Source: an uncultured virus (IMG/VR IMGVR_UViG_3300022602_000082)
Lineage: Duplodnaviria; Heunggongvirae; Uroviricota; Caudoviricetes
Reading direction: 5' to 3' (one strand)
DNA length: 64,000 nt
Virus record (IMG/VR): IMGVR_UViG_3300022602_000082
This document shows positions 17,672 through 27,647 of the stretch, piece by piece. Each line of letters begins with the position of its first letter. Positions within the stretch are counted from its first letter, which is position 1. Both the position numbers and the translations under genes were made by a program. The notes below the pieces were generated by a model. That model was not told the DNA's origin. It was given only the letters and a program-made list of their open reading frames with translations, and did not search any database.

Positions 17672-18367
17672 TTAGTTCCTAAAACGGTAATCAGGGGAGA
17701 ATGATGTAGAAGCCTCTTCTTGGCTCCAATCGGTCATTACTTCTTCATACTTAGCGGCACGTTGAGCCAGTTCAGCACGTACTTGTGCAGGAACACCATA
17801 CTCAAGGGCTAACTGGTCAGCCAAGCCAAACTTTAATGTATTGAACCATTCCGATGGGAACTGGGGAACTGCATTAGGAGTTAGGATGTCTGAAATAGGT
17901 TGTTGTACTTGTAGGTGGATAGTCCATCCTGCAGCATTAGGGTTGTTAAATACATACAGTACGCCATTACCTAACTGTGGGTCGTAATAGACCTGATTAG
18001 GAGTGCCAGAAGAGGGTTTATAGCCCTGTTGCATATATTCTTGACGTGAGATGACCTGAAGGGTTGTATCGTTCCCCTGAGGGCTTCTAATGAACGCCAT
18101 AACGACTCTTAATGGGCGGTCACAGACTACATCTCCTGTTGGGCCTAATGTGTAGGTATATTGACCTGCAACCATAGGTACTGGGAGGTCTTCTACCAAC
18201 CATAAGGGCATACCCTTAGTTTGTAGTTGTTTAATGTACAGGTTTAGGGCTTCTGAACAGTTCTGATAGTCCTGTGGGGTAGGGCTATCTCCAGCACCAA
18301 TTACCCCCAATACACGGAGTGCCCCATTAATAACTGCGTCCCTAGATTGTGAGTAAGTGGTTGTCAT
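17672..18367 (-). CDS. Head-tail adaptor (P22 gp4-like)
   Basis: INGALRVLGVIGAG...LADQLALEYG pattern. Confidence 0.7.
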   Translation of the reverse strand: MTTTYSQSRDAVINGALRVLGVIGAGDSPTPQDYQNCSEALNLYIKQLQTKGMPLWLVEDLPVPMVAGQYTYTLGPTGDVVCDRPLRVVMAFIRSPQGNDTTLQVISRQEYMQQGYKPSSGTPNQVYYDPQLGNGVLYVFNNPNAAGWTIHLQVQQPISDILTPNAVPQFPSEWFNTLKFGLADQLALEYGVPAQVRAELAQRAAKYEEVMTDWSQEEASTSFSPDYRFRN

Positions 18368-18368
18368 A

Positions 18369-18518
18369 TTATTCCGCTTTTGGTGGCTCTTCAGTAACTA
18401 AAGCATACTGTTGTTGTAGCTTTTGAAGCAATGGGAATGCTCCAGATTCAGTAGGTAATTGCCCTACTACACGGAGAATAAATGCCGCTTCGTTATCTTC
18501 TAATGTAAATTTTTTCAT
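18369..18518 (-). CDS. Small tail-region protein (49 aa)
   Basis: Manual translation MKKFTLEDNEAAFILRVVGQLPTESGA...; homologue in B near 59835-59983. Confidence 0.6.
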   Translation of the reverse strand: MKKFTLEDNEAAFILRVVGQLPTESGAFPLLQKLQQQYALVTEEPPKAE

Positions 18519-18527
18519 AATTTTCCT

Positions 18528-20180
18528 TTAATTACCAGTTACGTTCCATTGAGTACCATTCCAAGTAAATGTTTTACTAAAATAGTTTGTTGAGTATACA
18601 GGATTTAAAGTTCCATCAACAGTTCCAGCAAGTTGAATGTTATGCGTTGCAGCAGTACCTGAACCATCTTTCAAAACAAATGTATAGCCTGGAGGAATAT
18701 TGGTTGGAGGAAATACTTGAATAGAAGAAGTGCCAGTATTGTTAATAACAACCAAGTCTTCTGCGCCAGTCATGGTATAGGTTGTTGCGGGAGATGTAAC
18801 AACAGTTGCTTTATCTACACGACCAACTTTTAATCCAGAAATTCCAACACCATTAAAATAGTTGTTTTTTGCATCTGTTTCAATATTGGTTCCAGCAATA
18901 ACAACACCTTGATAGCAATATCCACTAGAAGGACTAGAACTATTAATTCCACCTCCTAGTAAATTATTTGCAATGTAAGTTCCAGCAGAATTATCAACGT
19001 AAATTCCTACGCAATAATTAACGTCACCACCAGCAGTTAAATTGCGACTGTTATAAGCAGTAACGGTGTTGTTTGAAATAACTCCACCTTGAGTATGTCT
19101 TAAAAAAATACCGCTTCCTAATGTATTTCCAATAGTGTTCCCAGTAATTTGAAAATCAGTAATTGTTGGCTCAGTTCCTAATGGATTAAATGACCCAATA
19201 GCTTGATAACCATATAATTCACCATTAAAGCAATTATTATCAATATTAACCATTGTTGGATAATATCCATTTATCTGTGGTTCAATATTAATCATTGGCG
19301 AATCATAAGAAGCAGAATCAAAAAAGTTATTGGTAATTCTTACTTGAGATAAAGTGTTATTTGGGCTTAAAAGAATATTGCTATAGGAATTTCCTCCAAA
19401 ATAACATCCATCAATCAATAGACCTTCAGAAGAATAAGCCAACACTCCATATTTACTGCCAGCGTTAGTATTTCCAAAATGAACAACTTGTGGGCCATTA
19501 TCAGAAGTTGTAATAGTAACGTCAGCAGCCCCTCCGTCATATCCACCAAAATAACAATTTGTAATTTCAATTAATTGTGCATATGCAGTAATTCCTGTTC
19601 CAATAGATGCTGTTCCTTCTTGAACTCCTGCTTGCAATCTATTCCAAACGCCTTGTAAATTACATTTGCTAATTTTGTATAAAGAACCTTGGTCAATCAA
19701 AACACTCCATCCCATGCGCCAAAACCAGCAATTTTCAATTAATACTTGTTGGCCATTTCCACAATGAACATGAGCAGCCGTATCTTTATCAGGCAAAGTT
19801 GTTGCTCCAGCAGCAGGAACAATGCCATGCCAAAACCAAATGCCTCTTATTTGAGCAGCTCCAGCATTTGCAAAATATAGAGTATCGCCATAAGTTGTAA
19901 ATCGTCTAATAATTGTGCTGTTTACTCCAGCCCCAATAAATTGTTGGCTTGGAAGTCCATTTAAAGTTGCAGAAACCAAAAAAGTACCAGCAGGAAAGTT
20001 AATAACACCATTATTTCCAGCAGCATTAATAGCATTTTGAATAGCAGTTGTGCTATCTGCATTTCCAGTGGGGTCAGCACCAAAATCAAGAACATTAATA
20101 TTTTGTTGAAGTTTAATATTAAAATCTTTATTAACTGCGCCTGTATAAGGCTGTCTAAATTTAGGCACTAAAGTGGTCAT
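18528..20180 (-). CDS. Tailspike with pectate-lyase-like beta-helix
   Basis: INVLDFGADPTGNADSTTAIQNAI..FPAGTF motif; Asn/Gly-rich beta-helix repeats. Confidence 0.8.
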   Translation of the reverse strand: MTTLVPKFRQPYTGAVNKDFNIKLQQNINVLDFGADPTGNADSTTAIQNAINAAGNNGVINFPAGTFLVSATLNGLPSQQFIGAGVNSTIIRRFTTYGDTLYFANAGAAQIRGIWFWHGIVPAAGATTLPDKDTAAHVHCGNGQQVLIENCWFWRMGWSVLIDQGSLYKISKCNLQGVWNRLQAGVQEGTASIGTGITAYAQLIEITNCYFGGYDGGAADVTITTSDNGPQVVHFGNTNAGSKYGVLAYSSEGLLIDGCYFGGNSYSNILLSPNNTLSQVRITNNFFDSASYDSPMINIEPQINGYYPTMVNIDNNCFNGELYGYQAIGSFNPLGTEPTITDFQITGNTIGNTLGSGIFLRHTQGGVISNNTVTAYNSRNLTAGGDVNYCVGIYVDNSAGTYIANNLLGGGINSSSPSSGYCYQGVVIAGTNIETDAKNNYFNGVGISGLKVGRVDKATVVTSPATTYTMTGAEDLVVINNTGTSSIQVFPPTNIPPGYTFVLKDGSGTAATHNIQLAGTVDGTLNPVYSTNYFSKTFTWNGTQWNVTGN

Positions 20181-20191
20181 TTTTTATATCC

Positions 20192-22675
20192 TTATGGATG
20201 GGATGCAACATACGCATCAAATTTTTCATTTAATTCTTGCAATGCTTTAACTAATACTGGAATAAGTTTGCCATAACCAGCTTCTAATTTCTCTGGATTT
20301 TCTTCATAAACAAGCCCAGGAATATGAATACCAGTATCTTCTTGAACTTTTTTAAGCTGTTGAGCAATAAATCCAGTATCAGCAATTCCTACTTTTGATT
20401 TATCTCTAGCGTTCCAATCAAATTCAACGCTATCAATTCTGTTAATAAAGTCCAATCCAGCTTTTAATGGCTTGATATTGGTTTTATCTCTTTCATCAGA
20501 TAATGAAGTAATTGTTGTAACTTGACAGCGTAAAGTTGCTATTGAACCATTACCAAGAGTTATTTCGTTGCTAACTGATGTAGTAGATGCAGCAGCGTTA
20601 TAACCAATAATAATGTCGTTAGAACCAGTTGCCAATGCAGTAGCAGCATTAGAGCCAATCGCTATACATTGAGCCCCAGAAGATAAACTTTGTAATGCGC
20701 TAAGACCAATAGCAACGTTATTATCTGAAGTTGCTCCAAGAAGGGCTAAATAGCCCATAACAGTATTGTAATTTCCAGTACCACTTTGAAAAGCTGAACG
20801 GCCCACAACAGTATTCTGAGTGCCAGTATTTAATGATAGAGCTGCAAGATAACCAACGGCTGTGTTATCACTACTTGTACAAGTGGTTAATGCTCTATCT
20901 CCGACAGCCGTATTCTGACTTCCTGTCGTTATATTATTTAAAGTATTTAATCCGACAGCCGTATTCGATGCGCCAGAAGTGTTTTTCGCAAGTGCAGAAT
21001 TTCCGATAGCCGTATTGTAATCAGAACTAGTGTTTGCTGCTAAAGCACTACTTCCAAAAGCTACGTTTGTACTTGTAGTTCCTGCCCCACGACCTACTAC
21101 GCATCCATGAATAGAAGCATCATTTGTAGTGCTAAATGTAGTTCCATTAAATGTTAATGCGCTAGATTGAGCTACAGTAGTTGTTCCTGAAGCATACAAA
21201 ATTTGACCGCTTGTAAGAGTTGCAAGTCCTGTTCCGCCACCAGCAACTCCTAAAGTACCCCAAGTAGGAGCAGCATTGCCATTAGATTGAAGAGCTTGTC
21301 CTGAAGAACCATAGTTTGTAGCACCGCTAAAAGCCATTGCTCCAGCCGATGTAATTCTTAATCTTTCAGTTCTTGATGTAGAGCCTACAGGAGTTACAGC
21401 AAAAGTAAATGCCGTAGGCTGACTTGTTGGTGTAGCAGTAGCTTCTAAAAGGCTTTGAATGGCTGCTGTATTAGCAAAAGTTGTGCCGTCACCAGTAGTT
21501 GTACCAAGAATACTAATAATGCTAGTAGCTGTAGTAGCTGTAGGAGAAGCAATAGTTCCTCCAGTTCTTCTAAAGGCAAAGCTACCTAATGTTGAACCAT
21601 ACTCATCAATCACTATAGCTGGTGTATTGGATGCTCCAGCATCTGTTCTTAAGGTTAAAAGATTTGTACCAAGTGCAGAGCCAGTTCCTAATATTGTTTG
21701 ACCCAACGAATAAAGATTAGTTCCATCAAAAGTTAAATTAGAACTAGAAGAAAAAGCACTTGTTCCGTTGCCATAAGGAATATAACCAGCAGTAAGACTT
21801 GTTAATCCTGTACCGCCAGCAGCAACCCCTAACGTACCCCATGTAGGAGTAGCAGAAGAACCTCCAGATAACAAGGGTTGTCCCGCAGTACCAAAGTTAG
21901 TAGTTCCAGAACCTGTGCCTGATGCTAGGTTGGTATTAAGTCCAATAGCACCTGACGCATTAATAACGTGTGCTGAACCACCACTTGTTCCCCAAGCTAA
22001 ATAAAGTTTTTTACCGTTTCCAGAACCAATGGTGATGTCCCCATCATGACCTGAAAAATAGACACCATTATTAATACTAAAAAAGTCAGCAGGAGTTCCG
22101 CTTGAATATATTGATGAATTCATACCAAACTCACCGTAATAAGACGAGTCTGTTCCTAAGTCATTACTTAAAACATAATTAGTAGAAGCACTTGCAGTTC
22201 CGCTTGTGTTTTGTAATACAAACTGTAAATAGCTTCCTGAAATAGCTGTTCCAGAAGCAATAGGACAATTAGACGCATTAAAAGATAATACAGGTGTTGT
22301 ACTTGTAGAACCACTTACTGCAATAGTATTTATTGTTTGTAATTGTGTAAATGTATTAGATTCGTCTAATTTAGGAAAGTCATTTAATGAAGCACGAACA
22401 AGACGAAGGGATACTACAGCACCTGAAGCAAAAGCAGTTCCTGAAGTACCATCTTGCCCACGAACAATAGTAAATGTTGTACCTGATACTGCAGTTACTT
22501 TAACAATCTCAATAGTTGTTTGTGTGGCAGCGTCAGCTAGTGTGCAATAAAAATATTGTGAACCTGTAGGAGATGGAAACGCACTTGCAGAAGTAACCGA
22601 CATAGTTGTAGCTACGTTGGTTAAACTAGACGCTAAAGTTGTATTAGCGTTATTAGCAAAGAGCATATTTGCCAT
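20192..22675 (-). CDS. Tail fibre with C-terminal intramolecular chaperone (peptidase S74-like)
   Basis: GGTG fibre repeats, NTAVG..AL repeats, SDERDKTNI...GFIAQQ chaperone motif. Confidence 0.8.
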   Translation of the reverse strand: MANMLFANNANTTLASSLTNVATTMSVTSASAFPSPTGSQYFYCTLADAATQTTIEIVKVTAVSGTTFTIVRGQDGTSGTAFASGAVVSLRLVRASLNDFPKLDESNTFTQLQTINTIAVSGSTSTTPVLSFNASNCPIASGTAISGSYLQFVLQNTSGTASASTNYVLSNDLGTDSSYYGEFGMNSSIYSSGTPADFFSINNGVYFSGHDGDITIGSGNGKKLYLAWGTSGGSAHVINASGAIGLNTNLASGTGSGTTNFGTAGQPLLSGGSSATPTWGTLGVAAGGTGLTSLTAGYIPYGNGTSAFSSSSNLTFDGTNLYSLGQTILGTGSALGTNLLTLRTDAGASNTPAIVIDEYGSTLGSFAFRRTGGTIASPTATTATSIISILGTTTGDGTTFANTAAIQSLLEATATPTSQPTAFTFAVTPVGSTSRTERLRITSAGAMAFSGATNYGSSGQALQSNGNAAPTWGTLGVAGGGTGLATLTSGQILYASGTTTVAQSSALTFNGTTFSTTNDASIHGCVVGRGAGTTSTNVAFGSSALAANTSSDYNTAIGNSALAKNTSGASNTAVGLNTLNNITTGSQNTAVGDRALTTCTSSDNTAVGYLAALSLNTGTQNTVVGRSAFQSGTGNYNTVMGYLALLGATSDNNVAIGLSALQSLSSGAQCIAIGSNAATALATGSNDIIIGYNAAASTTSVSNEITLGNGSIATLRCQVTTITSLSDERDKTNIKPLKAGLDFINRIDSVEFDWNARDKSKVGIADTGFIAQQLKKVQEDTGIHIPGLVYEENPEKLEAGYGKLIPVLVKALQELNEKFDAYVASHP

Positions 22676-22684
22676 TAATTACCT

Positions 22685-23209
22685 TTATGCTGTTATAAAT
22701 TCAACAATATCTCCAGCATTTAAGCCAGAAGAAAATGTAATAGATGTTGTAGATGTTTCTGTGTAATTTAATGTATTAACTTGTTTACTTCCATTTACAA
22801 ATACATATAAATTTGCACCACCAGTATCATAAGTAAATGGAACTGTAAATACAGTTTGATTTGCACTTGCTGTTGCATAACTTTGTTGTTGAGCAAACCC
22901 ACCAGTAGCAAAATTCATACCAGCAGCAGTAATACGCAATTGGACATTATCACCCATGTTCCAATACAAAGGTGTAGTACCTTCTTGTCCACGTTCAATA
23001 GTGAAAATATCACCGCTACGAGCAGTACATTTAACAATCTCAATGATTGGGCCACTTAGACTAATTAGGCTAACGTAGAAGTAATCTCCATTAGTTGGAC
23101 TTGGGAATAGGCTTCCAGAATTAGCAGATACCTGCATTGTTGTTGCTGTATTGGTTATTCCAAAAGCCAAATAAGTGGCTGCGTTATTAGTATATAAAGG
23201 ACGGCCCAT
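22685..23209 (-). CDS. Tail fibre-associated protein
   Basis: N-terminus paralogous to the fibre N-terminus (EIVK.TA.SG..FTI.RGQ.GT). Confidence 0.65.
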   Translation of the reverse strand: MGRPLYTNNAATYLAFGITNTATTMQVSANSGSLFPSPTNGDYFYVSLISLSGPIIEIVKCTARSGDIFTIERGQEGTTPLYWNMGDNVQLRITAAGMNFATGGFAQQQSYATASANQTVFTVPFTYDTGGANLYVFVNGSKQVNTLNYTETSTTSITFSSGLNAGDIVEFITA

Positions 23210-23212
23210 ATA

Positions 23213-23491
23213 TTATCCTAGTGTATATGTGTCGACAGCATAACCGTCAACTAATTGAATTGTGGATTGTACAATGCTGTATTCGTCTGGGGCTTGTGGT
23301 CTAGACACTGGTACAGACATATTATCTCGTACGCCTTTTACATAATCTTGAGGCTGACGAATTTCCCAATCATAGCTACAAACGTATAAACCATCCCAAC
23401 GGAGCTTTAATTGCGAAAACTTATATTTGTGACCACAAGCATCACATATACCGTTATAGTCGCCATTCCGTAGGTAATCAGCGTGTCCCAT
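23213..23491 (-). CDS. Zn-ribbon-like virion-module protein
   Basis: CDACG...WDGLYVC..DWE.RQPQD motif. Confidence 0.65.
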   Translation of the reverse strand: MGHADYLRNGDYNGICDACGHKYKFSQLKLRWDGLYVCSYDWEIRQPQDYVKGVRDNMSVPVSRPQAPDEYSIVQSTIQLVDGYAVDTYTLG

Positions 23492-23492
23492 T

Positions 23493-23801
23493 TTAAATCT
23501 CAGTAGGAGAATAAACTGGTATATCACCAACACAAGTATACGTATTGCCTTCATTAGTTGTGCAGGTCATAATTAGTCGATAGGTATTATCAGCGACACC
23601 GCCAATAACTCGTTGTGTTGCTTTGCCAAGGTTTAAATTGACACTTCCTGACAATATGGCAGAAGGGTTGGTATCTGTGCCTTGGGCTGTAATAGCCGTG
23701 CAGGTTCCAGATGATAATGTTTCAGTTGGCTGCAGAACTGGGTTAAAATCAAAGCTAAATAGCTCTGATTCGGTAGTTAATTTATACGAAAACTGGCTCA
23801 T
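23493..23801 (-). CDS. Putative fibre-tail adaptor protein
   Basis: FSFDF..L..ETL...GG..NTY.L...TT pattern; tail-module position. Confidence 0.55.
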   Translation of the reverse strand: MSQFSYKLTTESELFSFDFNPVLQPTETLSSGTCTAITAQGTDTNPSAILSGSVNLNLGKATQRVIGGVADNTYRLIMTCTTNEGNTYTCVGDIPVYSPTEI

Positions 23802-24922
23802 TTTGAGACCTTTTTATTACTTGTGTTTGCAAGGACGTTTCGTTGCTTATACAAGTCAACGAGACGCTCTTTAAATTGTACTACGCTCAACCGTTCTTTA
23901 TAAAGCTCTGTTACCCTGTCTCGAAAGTCCATCGTAAAGGTATAGCGAATTACTGCCCCTAGTTTGGGGAAAAACTCACGGACTAATGTTGCTATTGTAG
24001 CCGAAATCACGGATAAAGTAACAGATATTTGTTTAAATAGTGACGCTGTAGTGGTAGATGTGACCGCAAACAGTTTGTTGATTAATCTTCCAACTGTTGC
24101 TGTAGTTGTGGATGCAACGGATAAAATTACACCCAATATAAATTTACGAACTATGGTTGCTGTAGTTGTAGATACATAACTTAGGGTTTTCCCTATGTAT
24201 CGAATAAATGTAGCGGTTGATGTACTGACCACAAATAGCGTCTTAGCAGCCTTTTTAATGATAGATGCTGTGGTAGCAGATACTACCGTCAATTTTGCCG
24301 TTATAGAGCGAATTATGGACGCTGTAGACGATGAAATGACAGATAGTGTCTTGGCTATAGCTCTAACAAAGGATGCTGTAGTCGTAGATGTAACTGACAA
24401 GAACTTATTAGCTGACTTAATTAAAGTTGCAGTGCTTGTGCTAACTACACTCTTAATTAAATTAACTGTTTTGACAAACGATGCTGTTGTGGTAGAAGTT
24501 GCCGATTTAGTGACTGCAATAGCCTTTTTAATAGTTATTACGGATGCCTCTGTAACAGACAAAAGAATAAGGTGAAAGGCACTTTCTGTAATTACCGCTA
24601 CAGACATCTCGCTAACAAGGGTTAAAAATTTACCTATAGCTCTTTTAAAGCTAGATATTGTGGTGGACGTTACTGATAATAGCTTGTTGGGTAATTTGAC
24701 GATTGTTGCTGTAGATGCAACGATTGTTGCTGTAATGGTCTTTGCTATTGCCCTGACAAATGAAGCTGTAGAGGTAGCCGATGCTGAAATAGCTTTAAGA
24801 TAACTGGCTATTCTAGAGATGGTGCTAGTGCTCGTAGATGTTGCAGATAATGTAGGAGTAAGAGTTATCGTATCCTGTGCATTAATTGCGACTCTATTTA
24901 CACTAGACCCATTTATTGCCAT
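23798..24922 (-). CDS. Ser/Thr-rich protein with ~18-aa repeats, probably virion-associated
   Basis: Repeats such as VTSTTTASFVRAIAKTLS. Confidence 0.7.
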   Translation of the reverse strand: MAINGSSVNRVAINAQDTITLTPTLSATSTSTSTISRIASYLKAISASATSTASFVRAIAKTITATIVASTATIVKLPNKLLSVTSTTISSFKRAIGKFLTLVSEMSVAVITESAFHLILLSVTEASVITIKKAIAVTKSATSTTTASFVKTVNLIKSVVSTSTATLIKSANKFLSVTSTTTASFVRAIAKTLSVISSSTASIIRSITAKLTVVSATTASIIKKAAKTLFVVSTSTATFIRYIGKTLSYVSTTTATIVRKFILGVILSVASTTTATVGRLINKLFAVTSTTTASLFKQISVTLSVISATIATLVREFFPKLGAVIRYTFTMDFRDRVTELYKERLSVVQFKERLVDLYKQRNVLANTSNKKVSK

Positions 24923-24924
24923 TT

Positions 24925-25299
24925 TTAACTAAATTGTACTTTTACCGTAAACTGAATTGAGTCACCACTGTTTAACGCAATACCTGTAAAGTCACCCTTT
25001 ACAAACAAGTTACCAGATGACACAGCATCAAACGTACCAGCATTGGTAATGGTTTGTGATGTTCCAGAGGTTAATGTTCCTACAACTTGGAATGTATCAT
25101 TAGTTGTAGAAGTTGTTTGTTGAGATGCTGTACCAGTAGTACGAGTCGCAGGAGAGCTAGATTCAGTAAATAAAGTCGTGTCAGTTGCCGCAGTAGTACC
25201 AGCACCAGTTCCCCATGCTACATAAAGGGGTGTGGTTCCAGCACCGTTAATACGGTTAGTAACAACGGCTTTTCCTGTGTTTACTAGGAGTGTAGCCAT
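24925..25299 (-). CDS. Putative virion structural protein
   Basis: Thr/Gly-rich beta protein in the structural operon. Confidence 0.65.
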   Translation of the reverse strand: MATLLVNTGKAVVTNRINGAGTTPLYVAWGTGAGTTAATDTTLFTESSSPATRTTGTASQQTTSTTNDTFQVVGTLTSGTSQTITNAGTFDAVSSGNLFVKGDFTGIALNSGDSIQFTVKVQFS

Positions 25300-25441
25300 T
25301 TTTTAATTCTCCAAATAATTCGTTTGATTGGGTTTTTATGCCAGTAATCAATAACGCCCAATTCTTCTACGGTTCCGTCTGCACGGGTAACTGTAGCAAT
25401 AAATTGGATTTCTTTAGCGTTGCTGATTGCGTGTTGCATAA

Positions 25442-25849
25442 TTAATCTTTGATAATTTCTAAAACAATCGTGAATGATGTCAATGCTGATGTTGAAGCAC
25501 CACCAAAAGTTGTCAACGTAATTTTACCGTTAGGTGTTGTTGCGTTATCAGTAATACCACCAAATGAAGCAGCTTTAATTTCTCCACGGCCAGCGCATTC
25601 CCACAATAGTTGAGGAGTAGCACCATCCCAGTTTAAAGTAACTTGGATACCATCTTGAATGTCAAAGTTAATACGTTTTACACGTACTGTTTTAGCTAAT
25701 GAACCCTGTGCATCAATTTGACTTAATGTACTTGGGTCAAGAACTACATAATTTGAAATATCACCAGCATTTACCCATCCAGCAATTTTTAGCGTTGTGT
25801 TGCGATAACCGTCATTCAGAATCTGAAACGGAAGAATCTGAGTTGCCAT
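25442..25849 (-). CDS. Putative virion structural protein
   Basis: ORF in the structural operon downstream of the capsid gene. Confidence 0.6.
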   Translation of the reverse strand: MATQILPFQILNDGYRNTTLKIAGWVNAGDISNYVVLDPSTLSQIDAQGSLAKTVRVKRINFDIQDGIQVTLNWDGATPQLLWECAGRGEIKAASFGGITDNATTPNGKITLTTFGGASTSALTSFTIVLEIIKD

Positions 25850-25851
25850 GA

Positions 25852-25986
25852 TTAGTATCCGCCTTTAGGTTTCTTCGCCTTGGTTGATTGCATTGGGTTC
25901 TTAACTTTGTCTTTAGTCGGCTTTTGAACTGGAGCTTTTACGCCCATTCCAATAGACTGACCTTCACGTAATTTTTTATTAGGCAT
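25852..25986 (-). CDS. Small Lys-rich protein (44 aa)
   Basis: Manual translation MPNKKLREGQSIGMGVKAPVQKPTKDK...; AAGGA RBS. Confidence 0.55.
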   Translation of the reverse strand: MPNKKLREGQSIGMGVKAPVQKPTKDKVKNPMQSTKAKKPKGGY

Positions 25987-26008
25987 AATTTTTTCCTTTA
26001 AGTTAGAG

Positions 26009-26046
26009 AAAAAACCCCCTAGAGACCTTTTGGGAAACTAGGGGGA
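26009..26046 (-). terminator. Rho-independent terminator after the major capsid gene
   Basis: CCCCCTAG...CTAGGGGG stem followed by a T-run on the minus strand. Confidence 0.65.
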
Positions 26047-26066
26047 ATCGCTCACGTGCGAGTTAA

Positions 26067-27008
26067 TTAAACTCCAGGTGTGCCCCACAATGCACGTGGG
26101 TCGCCCCAACCGAAGGCATAACGCTCATACGATTTAGCCTTAGCATTCATCGTATCAAAGTCATTGTCTTGGTCAAACGTGATTGCTTGACGCTCTTGGT
26201 GAATCATACCTGTATTCATAGGTACGTTAGCACGAATAAAGAATGCTTTAGTACTTGTGAGGTAATGGTTCATCTTGATACCTTCAGGCAATGCGTTAGT
26301 AGCGTGTAATACGTTTACAGCGTTACTTGCAGTACCAGGAGGGTTAGCACCAGTGTTGTATGAATATACAGACTTGAGAATGCGATTAGCTTCAAACCAG
26401 TTGCTTGGGTGAACGATGATAGAACGTGGCATCAAGTTGATGCGTAGTCCACGGTCGTTCAACGCTAACATCTGTTGAATAATCAAGTTCTCAATAGCGG
26501 CTTCAGACAAGTTAGCTGCAGTAGTTAACAAGTTACTGAATGTGCCACCAGAGGTGTTTGGATGTGATGCGTTCAACAATGAAACACCGTCGCCACCAGC
26601 ATAGCTGTTAGAGAAAGCGTTGTTGTATACGTTAGCAGCTACGTTCTCTTTGGTTTGACGCATAGAGAAAGCGTTAGCAGCAGCACGACGCTTGGAAACA
26701 ACTTCATAGAGGTTGTCAGCAAGTTCTTCTTGGGTAACGATGTAGCCCAAGCCGTATGCAACGTTAGTTAAACGAGTTACGAAACCTTGAGTCTCAGAGT
26801 CGTAAACAACGCCTTGACCTTGTGGTTTTTGTGGAGCAAGACCAAAGCCAGTAGCTTGGACGTACTCTTCGTAGTTTTTGTCAGATGTGGTTGTATCGAA
26901 CAAGTCTGTGTATTCGATAGGATGTTCATTGTATGAACGACCCCACCAAGCCTTAATACCAGGCCACAGTGCTTTTGGAAACGAACCAGTTGTAATAATA
27001 CCAGCCAT
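26067..27008 (-). CDS. Major capsid protein
   Basis: 313 aa; LWPGIKAWWG, ERYAFGWGDPRAL.G C-terminus; strong RBS; followed by a terminator. Confidence 0.85.
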   Translation of the reverse strand: MAGIITTGSFPKALWPGIKAWWGRSYNEHPIEYTDLFDTTTSDKNYEEYVQATGFGLAPQKPQGQGVVYDSETQGFVTRLTNVAYGLGYIVTQEELADNLYEVVSKRRAAANAFSMRQTKENVAANVYNNAFSNSYAGGDGVSLLNASHPNTSGGTFSNLLTTAANLSEAAIENLIIQQMLALNDRGLRINLMPRSIIVHPSNWFEANRILKSVYSYNTGANPPGTASNAVNVLHATNALPEGIKMNHYLTSTKAFFIRANVPMNTGMIHQERQAITFDQDNDFDTMNAKAKSYERYAFGWGDPRALWGTPGV

Positions 27009-27023
27009 TATTTATTCTCCTAA

Positions 27024-27620
27024 TTAAATGCCAGCAGATGGACGTAACAATTCTGCATTGTTGAACAATACAAAGAAACGTACATAAGGCCCCAAGATGT
27101 TACCTGGGATTGGTTCAATTCCAACAATCTTCAATACTGCAGTAGAAGATGTGGTGGTACCTGTTAATACAGTTGCAGATTGCTGATTAGAAATAGAAGG
27201 AGCAGCTACAGTGTAGGATGCGTTCTTGTTCATGTCAGTTGTTGCAAATGTAGTGCTGTCACCCTGGATGCAATATACTTGGTCTGGGTCATCGTTGACT
27301 AGCAAGTAGTATGCTTGTGACTTAGAAGCAGGAACGCTAGTAGTCGTCAAGTCAAGGTTAACACCCTGAATAGAAGGGTTGTTAGGGTTAGAAATCAAAA
27401 TGCTTGTTACAACGCCACGAGGTGTGTCGCCAGATGCACATTTTGCAATTGCAGGGGTACCATTAGCATCACCGCCATCAATTGTTTTTACTACGTCACC
27501 GATGTAATACGCAGAGGTATCTGTCGATGGAATGTAGTAAACACGTTGTTGCTGGTTGTTAACGCCACTTGTACCATAAATCACGGCTGAAAAGCCGAAT
27601 GGTGCGTTTAAATTCGCCAT
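27024..27620 (-). CDS. Putative capsid decoration/stabilising protein
   Basis: MANLNAPFGF, DDPD motifs; directly upstream of the capsid gene. Confidence 0.6.
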   Translation of the reverse strand: MANLNAPFGFSAVIYGTSGVNNQQQRVYYIPSTDTSAYYIGDVVKTIDGGDANGTPAIAKCASGDTPRGVVTSILISNPNNPSIQGVNLDLTTTSVPASKSQAYYLLVNDDPDQVYCIQGDSTTFATTDMNKNASYTVAAPSISNQQSATVLTGTTTSSTAVLKIVGIEPIPGNILGPYVRFFVLFNNAELLRPSAGI

Positions 27621-27647
27621 TATGATAAAGCTCCAATTAAATTAAGT

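Noticed and set aside
18528..22675. Diversity-generating retroelement or invertase acting on tail genes
   Set aside because: No reverse transcriptase, recombinase or template/variable repeat pair was seen.
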